A stretch of 64,000 nt of DNA from Flaccisagitta enflata (taxonomy: Eukaryota): NCBI GenBank assembly GCA_965153355.1, contig OZ231126.1:47182001-47246000 (forward strand), read 5' to 3'. The translations under genes were made by a program, and so were the position numbers. This document shows, piece by piece, positions 10,072-23,109 of the stretch (position 1 is its first letter; each line of letters opens with the position of its first letter). Below the pieces are notes generated by a model, which was not told the origin of the DNA, made no database searches, and worked only from the letters and a program-made list of their open reading frames with translations.

Positions 10072-12318
10072 TTAGGTGTATTTTCCTGAGTGTTGACGCA
10101 CACTCATTTGGAGGAGATACTGAGCGTTTTGAATCTGTAAAAAGAAACAAAATGGAGTAAAAGAAAACAAATTGGATGGAGTAAAAGAAAACAAAACGGA
10201 TGGAGTAAAAGAAAACAAAGTGGATGGAGTAAAATCACTTGTCGCTTATGTGACAACCAATGGAGAGAAGGGATGTCTATTAGAAAATCACTGAGGCATT
10301 CAATGCTATATAACGAGGCAAAACACATGGAGAGAGAATCGGCAAAAATCGTAAATCATAATAACACGATACAAAAATATGACGTAGAGCCATCACGTTT
10401 AATGTATACCTGTTCTTGAGTCCCAGTGATGGTGATGATTCTATCATTGCTCCCCGGTTGAACCTCGCTGGCAATGATGATTTGAGCGCCTGACTGGGCC
10501 CGAATGGCGCGTATTCTGTGTCCCTGAGTCCCAATGATCGAGCCGGCCAAGTCTTTTGGTATTGACACCTAAAGCAAAGCAGAAAGGACCACCGTACAGT
10601 GATCAAAAGACAACAAATAGGCTTGACTCAAAACGAAACGCCATATCGGCTGAGAGCTTCTTATTTCACACCTGTTGAGTTGTGCGTTCTCCTTCGCTCC
10701 TTGAGGTGTTAGGTTGTCCAGCAAATGTGGGATCAAGGTGAGAATTCCAATCATTTCCTCCGCCATTTCCGCCCCTTTGATTGCCGCCACGCGACCCTCC
10801 GGGACCCCCACCGCTTCCGAACGGCTGGCCGCCGCCGCCACCACCACCGCCTCCACCACCGCCACCACCACCGCCGCCCTGCCGGCCGAAACCGCGCGGG
10901 ACGGACATGGGGCCACTACCTCGTACGTTGGGGTTCTGAGGATCGCCGAAGCCTCCATATTCCGGAGCGGCGAAATCGTCGAAGTTGTAAGGATCGTAAG
11001 GCTGGACTCCACCTTTGATTCCAGCCGATGTGGCGATTTCCAATACTTGCTGAATGGTATCGCACACCAAATCTGGCTTGCCTGCGGCAAAAAAATCAAT
11101 ATCTAGAATCAAGTTATTACCCCGAACGTATTAATAGAAAATCATCATTTCCACTTGTGACCACACGTTGGACAGACGATAAAAACAAACCTGTGATTTG
11201 AATGACCCGATCGGTGGACATGGGACAACATTGGGAATAGACCCGGATGTTGGTTCCGGTGACGTCTCGTAATTCTTTGATTTTGCTGCCGGCTCGACCG
11301 ATGATGGACCCGACTTGCGACTGGTGCACGAGAATTCGGACCTCGCAATCGAAATTCAAATCAACGTGGTCCTTGTAATCGTCCAGGCGGGGTACGACGT
11401 CGACCAAAACCTCAAGGGCAGTTCCTGCGCCACCATGGGTTTACGGATTTGAATTAGGGATAAGGATTTGAAGAAAAAAAAACAGCTAAAATTAGAAAGT
11501 TCCGCATAGTGTCGGCATACGGCGCATAGACTGTAGCCACTTCAGGTCACACCAATACATAGTCGACACAAAAAAGCGGCTCAAGTATCAAAGAGAACAA
11601 GTAACACGTACCAAGCTCCGCCGTAATCGTCAAGATCCGCTCGGGGCCGCTGCAATCTGTGGAGATAGGAAAGAGGGAGCCATTTCTAGGTAGCCATTTT
11701 TAAGTGTGTCCTCGCACTTTCATAAGAGGTCCTGTGTCCGTTGGTTGGTTGGTTGGTTGGTTGGTTGGTCGGTCACGCGAACATTTGAGATGTGCAAAAC
11801 GGCACATTCTTACGTCTTTCTTCAATCCTTTCATCTTTCTTCAATCCTTTCATTTCATCATTCATTCATTCATTCATTCATCCAAAACGTTCATTCACAA
11901 ATACTTAAGCGAGGCGCAGTTATTGGCCATAACCTGGCCTTGTTCTATTTTAATTAATCGCAATACGGGCTCTCAGGAACACGATCCGTCATAAATGGGT
12001 CACAGCACCTGGAACAGTCACGCTCGATTTGTAGGATTCCCTCAATCTCTTGATGTTAGATCCTCCCTTGCCGATGATAGCCCCTGCGTTTTTCGTGTTG
12101 ATCAGGACGCGCAGCTCCGTTCTCGGTCCTTCACCGCGCCGACATCGACGAAAGGATCCCGGTCCGTCCGCTCTCCCATCCGTCGTTCCAGCGGAGGTGC
12201 CGTAGCCGCCGCCTCCGTCCCTAGACGGCACTCCATAATTGCCGACACCTCCACCGCCAGAATTTCCATTGGGAGTTCCAACGCGTCCTTTACCGTCAAA
12301 GTCATCGCTCAGCATCAT
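10072..12318 (-). CDS. HNRNPK: Heterogeneous nuclear ribonucleoprotein K (3 KH domains). Exons 12318-12009, 11656-11612, 11424-11191, 11081-10672, 10568-10410, 10134-10072
   Basis: KH1 [38 protein letters not shown]2 [39 protein letters not shown]; Gly-rich linker; KH3 [38 protein letters not shown]; all junctions GT-AG and in frame. Confidence 0.95.
11703..11943 (+). mobile_element. HINE/DINE-1-like non-autonomous element in hnRNP K intron 1
   Basis: 5' palindrome aagtgtgtcctcgcactt, (GGTT)n tract, 3' hairpin ggccataacctggcc, T-rich flanks. Confidence 0.6.
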
Positions 12319-12538
12319 CGAAGGGAGGATGGTGGGAAAGTGGAAAGAAGGGGAGGGAGAGAGAAAAAGAGGAGGAAGAGGAGGAAAAGGAGGGAGAGTT
12401 AAGGAGATGGGAAGCTAAGAGGGGGAGCGGCCTGAAAAATAACCCGAGAACAAATCCAATTTCCATATGATAACAATAAAATAGAGCGCAGAACAAAGAC
12501 AAATTGAAAATATCCGGCCAAATAAATGATTTCTCCAT

Positions 12539-13977
12539 TCATTGTATCAACTTCATTTGATTTTCACTCAATTCAACGACAACGGGCTGTTCATCGTCCA
12601 AATCAGTCTCGTCAAAATTCCATTTGAATTTTTTCGTGAGATACGTCTTGAATTTCTCGGCTTTGTTCTTGAGCGCGACGTCGAGACTGTCGGCTTCGGC
12701 GACGTTGACGAACAACGAACAAAGAGTCGACGTGAGAAAGTTTTCTCTCGTCACGATATCCAGGAAAAAGTCTTCGGGAATCTCGCGAGTTTGGAAGTAA
12801 AGAACGGTGATGAAATCCGCGTAGAGACTCGGATGCCGCGCGGCCGAGGACGCGGCCGAGTCGCAGAGTAAATGAGTCAGCTGTTTCCATTGCTCAAATC
12901 CGTCGTAAACCCGACCAAACAGGAACACGACAAAGGCCAGTTGCAATTCGCCCAGCAAGTCGGCCGTGACGTCGGAGAAGTCCTCGCGCAGGATCTGCTC
13001 GAACAGCGGGGTCTTATCCAACGATAACCGCGTCACTTCCGCCGGTGTCGCACCGCGCGGAATACACGCGTTTTTGGGAATCGCGTGGAAGCGCATGGGA
13101 GTACCGGACACCGACGTCATCTTCGGCAACTTATCCTCGGCGTTTTCGCAGTTCGATTTTGCCTCATCAACGGCAGATGGCGCGGTATCGCCACCCGCTG
13201 GACCGGGTTGTTCCTTGGCGCCATCTTCCTCCATTTTATTTTTCCGGTGGACGTTTTTCTGATGAAACTTCTCCTCGGCTACGAGTTCGGAAAAACTAGA
13301 TATGAGTCCCGATGTGGGGCTTAGACTCGCGGCCAAGTTGAAACTCGCGTGATTGGTCAACGAAATCCATTTCTTGTGGTTTTCATAAGGGTATGGGGCC
13401 AGGAAAGGATCGAGTTCTCGCTTACGGGCCGTGGAATCGAAACGAGATGGAGAATTGCCATCGCCGCGAAGACAGCTTTCGTCGATGAAGCGCATCGTCT
13501 CTTCTTCTCGGTTCCACGTGCGGACGACCACCTCCTCGCCTTTGAAATCGTAGAAGAATCCGGAACGATGCCCGACGTCACCATCGGAAGTACGACTCAC
13601 GGGACTGATAAGGAATGAAGACGATCAGGTCCGTTCAGGTTCAGACATTTGGATGACAACGAAACTGTGGCACAATCTACACTTATGTCATGAGATTTGG
13701 ACACGATTCGATAACTTTATATAAAGACTTTTTACGTATGAGAGAACCCTTTCTTGGTCCCTTTCTTCCACAATTTTGTTACTCTTTCATAACTGTATAT
13801 CAACACTGACCTGAAGTGTATAAAATGGAGTCCAGGTGGAATCATCTTAACCCCTTTAAATTTTGGCCCTAAGGTCCAAACGTTGCAATCCATGCCGAAT
13901 TCGGTGCCTTCCGGGACGTCAAGAAAGATGAAGGTCGCGCCATAATCAAATAATTTCTTTGCCCGTTCCTGGTCCAT
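12539..13977 (-). CDS. AAR2: AAR2 splicing factor (U5 snRNP assembly). Exons 13977-13811, 13604-12539
   Basis: [110 protein letters not shown]. Confidence 0.95.
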
Positions 13978-14835
13978 TCTTACTGTATGGAAGGCTGTAT
14001 GGCCTGTATGGATGGATGGATGGAACTGAATGGTAAAAGCCGAGATAAAAATGCGTTTAGGAGACGTAAGCTGAGATGACAATTACTCTCATTTACAAAT
14101 AAATTGCTATGCCATTGGCTATATGTGCCATCACACCACCATGACCAGAGAGCATCGCTGCAAATGAAAATCTGATTGCTCGAAAGCGCGACCTGGCCAG
14201 GGTGTTTAGAGAGCAATGAAAGATCTAAAACAAAATGCCTCTACCCACCCTGCATCAAAGAACGGAGGGCTTTTTTCACGATGAGTGACCTCATTTAAGA
14301 CACTTTAACATTTTGAATTAAAATAATATAGAGAGGAAACCATGTGACAAAGTGATTTACGAGTTTTTAAGCGTAGGCTTAAAGAGTTTTTTATCTCCCA
14401 GTATGACTGATACTGTTGGATTTTATCGGACGGATTTCTACCTTGTTTACGGCTTTGATTTGTTACATTATTCCACGATTTTACAATTTTTTATATCTTA
14501 TCAAGTTATGAATTTTTTGTGTTAAAGGACCCCGTTGGAAAAAAGTTCTTTTGCGACTTTAATGGGCTATCCTCCGAAGCGAGCTTTACATTTCATTGTA
14601 TCTGTAAATTTTGTTTGTTTCGCAAATTAAATTCATTCATTCATAATGTACCTTTATCATTATGAAATCGAGTAATTCACGCATCCAGTTATTTCAAGAC
14701 ATCAGTAATCAACGGATGCAAGGCTAAGTAACAGTCCGTTTGGCTTGTTATCAAACGTCCTGCCTTGAGATCATCCGTAGCTTCTCTAGTGATATGTTTT
14801 AGCTGATGATTAGCATTTTTATCTTTACGAATTTG

Positions 14836-15110
14836 ACATATGGGGAATTTGCTCCTTCTCCTTCTTCTTCTCCAATCACCCCCCTTCCTCAAACCAGTCT
14901 TGAGGCCCAAATCCCAGTGATGAGGCCCAAATCCTAGCCTTGAGGCCCAAATCTAAGCCTAAAGGCCAAAATACTAGAAAATTCCCCATATGTGTGAAAG
15001 CATAGGTCATCGACCCCTTCGGAGCCGCTGCCCTGCTCTCCCTCAACTTCAAGCACAACCTACTCAGGCAGGGCACGGGCACCGCTGACCGTCTGACGCT
15101 TTTGCGACTA
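14836..15110 (+). mobile_element. Partial copy of the GGGCAGCGGCCCC HINE-like family with 20-bp internal repeats
   Basis: Shares cataggtcatcgaccccttc..ccgctgccc and the accgctgacc..acgcttttgcgact end with the copies at 23110, 35638 and 41513. Confidence 0.75.
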
Positions 15111-16120
15111 TTTACTTTTTCGGCGTTTTTTTGCTTTTTGGGCATGCCCTAGTGACCTTTTCCAGCACTGCTCCTGCCCACCCGCACGCGACTAGGGTAG
15201 CCGTGTATCTGGCCTTGTTTAATCACAATATTCACTTTTTAGTCAGACGGTCAGACAGTCAGTTACTGCCCCTGCCCACCCGCACATGACAATGTTTGCT
15301 GTTTATTCGGCCAAAATGCAGAGTTTGAATGCGCCCCTATAAAAGGTTCAATTAAGTCTCAGTCTGTGTGTCTGTCTCTGTCTGTCTCTGTCTGTTTCTG
15401 TCTGTTTCTGTCTCTCTCTGTTTCTGTCTCTCTCTGTTTCTGTCTCTCTGTATCTCTCTTTCTCTGTTTTATGAAGCAAGTTATGTGTAGTATTTTGACC
15501 TATCAAAAGACGTTTTAAAGTTGGTACAAAATAAGACCATTACACTCATGTTTCGACTGTCTAGCAATCTGACTCGTGCCAGCGTGTCAGCCAGTATCAA
15601 AATTAGTCACCTAGCAAGGTTTTTCTGTGCGGGCGCACATATCAACGCATTTTGAAACTCGGTATGGCTCAATTTTTCAAGGAAAAAAAAAGTGCCAGGA
15701 GACAATTGGTGGATTCCACTCATATTCAGTTACATAGGGGCCATGAAAATTTTCCAAAGTGTCATTTATGGCTCTAATTATTAAAATACATGTAATTACG
15801 AGTCAATCCATATGCGCATACGGATTTTTGACCATTTTAGCCGTTTTTGATTGAGTACCCTACTATTTCACTTAACAATGATGGGAGAATTTATTACATT
15901 CTTTAATAACAGGGTGCTTCATGCGTTTTGAGGTATTCTAAAATGACATATCTCTGCTTCTAGTGACTTTTTTTAGCTTCTTAAAAAAGCTTAAAACATC
16001 TAGAAAGATCATGATCTGCAGATTTTACATGTAAAATTTGATGATATTGCGATAATTTTTGATGCGACCATGTGAATTTGAAGCAGATTAATGATTTCAG
16101 ACTGCTATTTCTGCTTTTTT

Positions 16121-16271
16121 AGTTGCGGACACGCAACTCTATAAGAGCCTTAGTCCGTCTGTCGGTCCGTCCGTCCGTCCGTCCGTGAACACAAGTTGAA
16201 AAGTGTGAAAACTTGCATTTCCGCCCCTGCCCACCCGTCCGCAACTGGTATTGGCCGTGTATCCGGCCTTG
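16121..16271 (+). mobile_element. HINE/DINE-1-like element (AGTTGCGGAC family)
   Basis: 5' palindrome agttgcggacacgcaact, (GTCC)n, subterminal inverted repeat gtccgcaact, 3' hairpin ggccgtgtatccggcc, T-rich insertion site. Confidence 0.85.
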
Positions 16272-17749
16272 TTGTTAGTGGCGTGCTCCACGACTCTACA
16301 CCCCACTTTGTCCATCCGTCGGTCCATCGGTCCATCAATCGGTCCGTCCATCCATCACACTTACTTTTTTTGGTTTTTTGTGGTCTTTGACTTCACTGCT
16401 CCTGCCCAAGTGATCAAGTGACCTAAAATATGGCCCCTGCCCACCCACACGCGACTGGGGTAGCCATGTATCCCACCTTGTTTCTAAGTCGCGGACACGC
16501 AACTCTACACCTCGCTTTGTCAGTCGGTAGGTCTATCCGTAACATTTTTGAAACATCGTCTTTTTATAGTACCAATAAAGGCGGCTAAATCGCCGACCGG
16601 AAAAAAGTCGTAAATGGAAGTCTCTTTTTTCAATGCTTGTTCTTCTGTGTGTGCATTTCATGATGTCTGGTTGATTGTCTGTTTTTGTTATTCAATCTGT
16701 CACTTTGTGGCCTTGGGTTCTAGAAAACATTTCTCTATCAAAAATTGAAAATTGTACCAAAACAAGTATGCCAATCTTAATCTATCATCAAAATGAACCT
16801 GTAAACCTATTTTCAGCGATCTAGCTCAACCGGAAGTAGGCGCTGCATATGTAACAGCCAATACTTAGGCTATAAAGGCTGAATATGCGATTTTGACCCA
16901 AATTTCAAAATGGTCCAATTGCTTCCAAATTTTTTGTGGACCTAGGTCAAGGTCTATATTTTTAGATTCTAAAAAGACAAAGTCATTTAAAGGTTTTAAG
17001 GGGGGTTTGAGGAGTCCAAATGCGACATTTTTGGCCGTTTTTCGTAAAAAATGGGGGGGTCAGGCCATTTCAGAGCTACTTTACCCCTACTTCTCCATGG
17101 AAATCAAAAAAAAATTTATAGGGAAAGTTGAAGAGGAGACACAGATGAGTTAGAATCAAAAAAAAATTTTTGGTTACCTCCTTTAACTTTTTCATGAGGT
17201 TAACTTTAGTGTTTTTTTTAATTTTTGAGGAAAACCCCATTGTAATCCTATGGGAGGAGGAAGAGGGAAAAAACCGTTTTTTCAATTTATTCCTATCTTC
17301 TCCATTCATTCTGACCCCAACAAAAATGGTTTTGGGCCCTTTATTGATGGTATTTCAGGGTTCAGAAAAAAAATTGTGGTTACCTCTCACCAATTTTGAT
17401 ATATTGACATGATGTTTTTGCCATCCTAAGTTATTATACTGAAAGCCGCGTTTTTTGCCATTTTCGCCATTTCTGGTTTGTCAATTTACTTAATTGAATG
17501 CTTAAAAGGCACATGCAATTCATTCTTTTGAAATTAATTGATGGTTGAGAGGAGGAGGAGGAGGAGGAGGAGGAGGAGGAGGAGGAGGAGTGGTGCAATA
17601 TCAGTGTTAACTATTATGTATTGCAAATTATAAGGAAGAAGAGAATGTTTTAGAATGTACTACAAAAGAAAGTGACCCAGTTGAAGAAGTAAAGCAAAAG
17701 AGACCACAGGGTGGAAGAGATAATCCTATTTTTCTCTCAGGGTCTCATG

Positions 17750-17942
17750 TCTGGTGATAAGCCATACAAGAGATACTTATTCACAGACAAATAGAATTGT
17801 AACAAGGACTAGTAGGCCAATAAGGTGAGATGTGTGGATCGTTGAACGAAAGCGTTACCCGACCAACCAACCGACCGACCAACCGACCGACCAACCAACC
17901 AACGGACACAGCCAGTTATAGAGGTGCTTTGTCGCACCTAAA
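17750..17942 (-). mobile_element. HINE-like element with (GGTC/GGTT)n
   Basis: Terminal palindrome aggtgctttgtcgcacct next to an A-run, tetranucleotide microsatellite. Confidence 0.6.
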
Positions 17943-18414
17943 AATATGAAAATGATAGAAGAAAATCCTAGGAATCATGACTCTTTTTCTGCAAAAGGGC
18001 AAAACACGCACCTCGCGCCTTTTTTACCCATTAGGCGCCATTTAACGCCGCCCAGGCGCCTAAAAATGGATTTAAAGCTAAGACCAATCATGTATATACT
18101 TCTTTCATTGATGATAAACTGTAAAAACAGGAAAATAACAAAAAAATCCTAATAATCATGACCATTTTTTAAGCAAATGAGCGCAACGCGCACCTGGCGC
18201 CGTTTTTTGCCATTAGGCGCCATTTGGCGCTGCCGGAGTACCAAAAAATAGGTTTTTTCCCCAAAAACTCATTTCTTAACCTATCTTGGATGAAAATAAA
18301 ACATAAAATCAAGCTTGAGATTGAGAAAAAATTTCTAGAACAAAATGGCACTTTTGGCGAATTGTGTCTGTGCGTTTTTTCCTTTCAATCTTCTTTGTCT
18401 GAGTTTGTGTGTGT

Positions 18415-18652
<238 letters not shown>

Positions 18653-19465
18653 CAGAATAAAATATCAATGCTAGCGTCATAAAAGTCAGGGTCAATTTGC
18701 GTAACATGTTTACATTTCCCTACTGTTACATAAGACCAAAAAAATGGGATCAATGAAAAATATCGATTTTCGCGAAAATGCGAAAAAATAAAAAAAGATT
18801 CAAAAATTCATAACTTCTAAAATATTGATCGTAGAGACTTCTGGTTGGCGCCATTTGAAAGAGAAAAATAAGCTCTTTCTTAGCTGTGAATATCAAAAAA
18901 AGTATCATCCCAGCCCCAAAATGGCCCAACTTCCTAAAATTGTCCCAAACTGAAAATGGAAAATTTTATTTCTCCCCTACGTTTCAAAAAGTCGAATTAC
19001 GTAATTCAACTTTTTTCCAATTAGGGTATTGTAGGGTACGAAGGCATCTAATAGTGTTGTTCAATAGTTTTGTCGTATTGAAGCTCTGCTCCTGCCCAAC
19101 TGTTCATGACTTTTGCCTGGTCATGGGCTTGTTATCAATGGTGCCAAATCATTCATCTTTGAAAATATGATATTCTTACATATGACATTTTAAAATACAT
19201 TAAGCTTAATATGAATAAAGCCAGGCTCTGAAGCTAATGATAACAGATTTTTGGTGATTAAGTTTTGTGTCACTTAGAAAATAACAGGCACTCTGAAATC
19301 ACATACAGACTTCAAAACCATACGGTTGCTTCAAGAATTATCGCAATATCATGAGATTTTACATGTGAAATCTGCAGATCATGATTTTTCTAGATCTTTT
19401 TCAGAAGTGAAAAAAACTGAAAAACTAAAGGCCACATCATGGTTACTAAAGTGAAAATAATCGCG

Positions 19466-19938
19466 GCTACTCGATCAGATCTGGCTAATCGATCAGACCC
19501 GGCTAATCGATCAGACCAGGCTAATCGATCAGACCAGGCTAATCGATCAGACCCGGCTAATCGATCAGACCCGGCTAATCGATCAGACCCGGCTAATCGA
19601 TCAGACCCGGCTAATCGATCAGACCCGGCTAATCGATCAGACCCGGCTAATCGATCAGACCCGGCTACTCGATCAGACCCGGCTACTCGATCAGACCCGG
19701 CTACTCGATCAGACCCGGCTACTCGATCAGACCCGGCTACTCGATCAGACCCGGCTACTCGATCAGACCCGGCTACTCGATCAGACCCGGCTACTCGATC
19801 AGACCCGGCTACTCGATCAGACCCGGCTACTCGATCAGACCCGGCTACTCAATACCGGCTACTCGATCAGACCTGGCTACTCAATCAGACCCGGCTACTC
19901 GATCAGACCCGGCTTCTCGATCAGACCTGGCTACTCGT
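19466..19938. repeat. 18-bp minisatellite (cta[a/c]tcgatcagacccgg)n
   Basis: Roughly 25 tandem copies read directly. Confidence 0.95.
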
Positions 19939-19994
19939 TCAGAACATAATGGCATAACTTGAAGTCCCTAATGGCATAACGGCATAACGGCATT

Positions 19995-20261
19995 CCTGGA
20001 AGTCCATGACGGCATACCTGGAAGTCCATGATGGCATACCTGGAAGTCCATGATGGCATACCTGGAAGTCCATGATGGCATACCTGGAAGTCCATGATGG
20101 CATACCTGGAAGTCCATGATGGCATACCTGGAAGTCCATGATGGCATACCTGGAAGTCCATGATGGCATACCTGGAAGTCCATGATGGCATACCTGGAAG
20201 TCCATGATGGCATACCTGGAAGTCCATGATGGCATACCTGGAAGTCCATGATGGCATACCT
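19995..20261. repeat. 22-bp minisatellite (cctggaagtccatgatggcata)n
   Basis: Roughly 12 near-perfect tandem copies. Confidence 0.95.
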
Positions 20262-22644
20262 TGAAGCACAACAATAAAAGTTAACAACCACAAATTTTTT
20301 TTCAAAAAAAAATTTAAAAAGAAGAAAAAAATTTATCAAAAAATTTTTTTTCATCAAAAAAACTTTCAAAAAAAAAAAAAAATTAAAAGAAATTAAAAAA
20401 AAAATTTCACCAGTCCAGAAAATTATGTTACTAGACTAGAATAAATACCCTTATATCTTCTTAACCAATGATCAGAATTTACTGAAATCTTGCAGGGGAG
20501 CTTTAATTGATGCAATGAACCTACACAACAAGTTTGAACAACATTTGTGAACCTTTACTACCCTTCCCCTATGTAAATTGAACAAGTCCAGGAATTAATA
20601 TTACTACAAAAATAATAGGTAAAGGGTATTAAATATTAATGAATGTTGTTGAAAGTTGGTACACAGATGAGTAATGCCCTAAAAATAACACTGACCAAGT
20701 TTAATCAACATCTGAGTTGTGGTTCACAAGTTTTTAAGAGTTGACACAACAACGACGATGGCTTACTACACGATCAAGAAATAACTCAATGTGGCCAAAA
20801 AAGTTACAGAGGCAGAGACATGTCGTTTTAGAATACCTCAAAGCGCGTGAAACACCCTGTAGTATCTGACGTTCAGTATATATGAGCATTAGCTCTTTAG
20901 ATACCTTGGGTCAATACAAATGGCGCCACCGTGGCGATTTTTGAGTTTCCACTTTTAATCCCTCCAAATAACCATTTTTTGCCCACCCAATCCACCCCCT
21001 AGAACCAAAAAATCGCAAACTGGGGGTGTTAAAAAAAGAAACTCAAAAATCGTCACGGTGGCGCCATTTGTAATGCCCTGAGGTATCCAAAGCAGTTCCA
21101 AGTGAAAAAATTGATTAATGGGTTTGAGCTGTAGGGGGTGGTGCTAAAACTTTATGTGCCTCCACACGCTAAATTAGTGGCCCGTCTGTACTCTAGTGAG
21201 TAGTTAGCGGAGTGGTTAGCGTCTCATGTCCATCGAAGATCTGCTCAAGTTTGTCATTAGATTGATTTGTTGCTTTTCCCTGTGTAGGCATGAGGTTTAT
21301 TGATTGAAAGAGTTGGTTGAAATGAGGTCTTTTAGTAATCTCTGAATCAAACGACACATCTTGTTAGATAACCCCTTATCTCTCATCTCTTCAAGACAAG
21401 TAAGAAGAATATAAGACAATCAATCAGAAACACTACAAAGCTATAAAGTTAGTCAAAGACGGATGAAGAGTCAATCGTCCGCCGCAACTTGATGCACTTC
21501 GACAGTGATGCGCACAAAGAGGGCATGTACTGTTAGTCAGGCGCCCATGAAGAAACACGGACAGGAGCAAAGCCATGTTTGTGTGTCATCTTTTTCACTG
21601 AACATTCGACATTGGGACTAACACAACAATCTCTCTTTATTAATCATTGGTTTATGAATAATGCATCACTTGTGAAAGTTGAAACAACATTGCCCTTAGA
21701 AAAGGAGGCCAGAATTCTCCAATTTACAAAGGATGAAAGCCTTGCAAGCTTTCAATGGTGTTTACTCCGGATTGCTGACAACTATCCTTTACAATTAACA
21801 AAAGAAATGCTTACCTGAAAAAACTATTAGCTTGACTGCATACCTCATTAGTATAGGTTCGGACAGGCCTAAACCATTTAGTATATACAAAATCTCTTAA
21901 AAAAGTAACAATCAAACATAACTAATATACTGGTGGAAGTACTGACACTAGCAATATTGATTAGAAAACCATACCCTTAGAGGCAAGAATCGAGGTACAG
22001 TACTTCCATCAATAGCTAGAATTCTTTGATTTACTAGAATCCTTTAATTGTAACTTTTGAAAGATATTTTGTGTATACCAAATGGTAAAGGCCATAGGCT
22101 TGAATAAGGTATGCGGTCAAGCTGATAGTTTTGTTCGGCAAGCATTCTGTTTGTAAAAAGTGAAGAAACTTGTGAGCATTCTGGAATAAACGCCATTGAA
22201 AGCTTGCAAGGCCCCTTTTGTATATTGGACTGATTCCCCTCAAATTGCTCTCATTTCTAAACGGTTTGTGCAACCGAGACCAGATTGGTCTCACGAGACC
22301 AGATTGGTCTCATATGGAATGTATTTTGAAGACGTTTTTGGGACAACTTGAGTTGAAATTTGACATCTTTGAACGTTTAGTGAACTTCTAAATAACTCTT
22401 GATCAAAATTTCAATCAAGAAACCAAATGACTTAACGCGGAATGTGATATATCATTAAAAGAAAATTTCCCTCTTTGCATGTACTTGAACTACTGCAAAT
22501 TAAGTTTGAGGCCAATCTGGTATCGGAAGCTCAATCCCTTTAGAAATAAGAGCGGCTTAGAGAAAATCTGTTCAGCGAAAAACTTTAAAAATGGTGATTT
22601 CTGCTGATTTGATAAACATTTCATTAGTCGTAGGGTTGATTTTC

Positions 22645-22820
22645 AGTCGCGTGCACGCGACTCCACAACCCACTTTGTCCGTCGGTCGGTCGGTCACAGT
22701 TTACTTTTTTTATGATTCTATTTCTTTGACCTGACTTCTCCTGCCCAAATAGTCTGGTGACCTCAAATAAGACCCCTGCCCACCCGCATGCGACTTTGGT
22801 AGCCGTGTATCAGGCCTAGT
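22645..22820 (+). mobile_element. HINE-like element (AGTCGCGTGC variant)
   Basis: agtcgcgtgcacgcgact palindrome, gtcggtcg tract, cccctgcccacccgcatgcgact, terminal gccgtgtatcaggc. Confidence 0.75.
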
Positions 22821-23109
22821 TTTGTCAAGAAAGTCCTGAGAAAAACATCATAAAATGCATCTCCATTAACTTTTAGGACCTTTTTTCAGAATTCAAAGAT
22901 ACCAAAAACTTTTTAGTCATGGACTAACGATTGTTCTTGTCTATCCGTCAGTCCACCCATCCGTCCATCCGAGGGTCACACTCGAGTTGGAAAGTGAGAA
23001 ATCGCGCTTTATAGATAGGTGTGCGCAAGGTTATTGAAAGGGGAGTATCGAATGGGAGTTGTTCGCTCCTGCCCACCAAGAAACATACTGTAAAACGACA
23101 CTGCTTTTT

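Noticed and set aside
12302-12538. 78-aa ORF starting immediately after the AAR2 stop (TGA-ATG)
   Set aside because: Low-complexity, no recognisable homology, spans the predicted acceptor; likely chance
14689-14910. Possible terminal exon upstream of AAR2
   Set aside because: Begins inside a transposon; no recognisable domain or convincing acceptor
19439-19957. 172-aa ORF of RSDPAN/RSDPAT repeats
   Set aside because: Open frame follows from an 18-bp stop-free unit inside a repeat element; no signal peptide or splice support
19466-20261. CRISPR-like appearance of regular repeats
   Set aside because: Pure tandem units with no unique spacers, no cas genes, eukaryotic context
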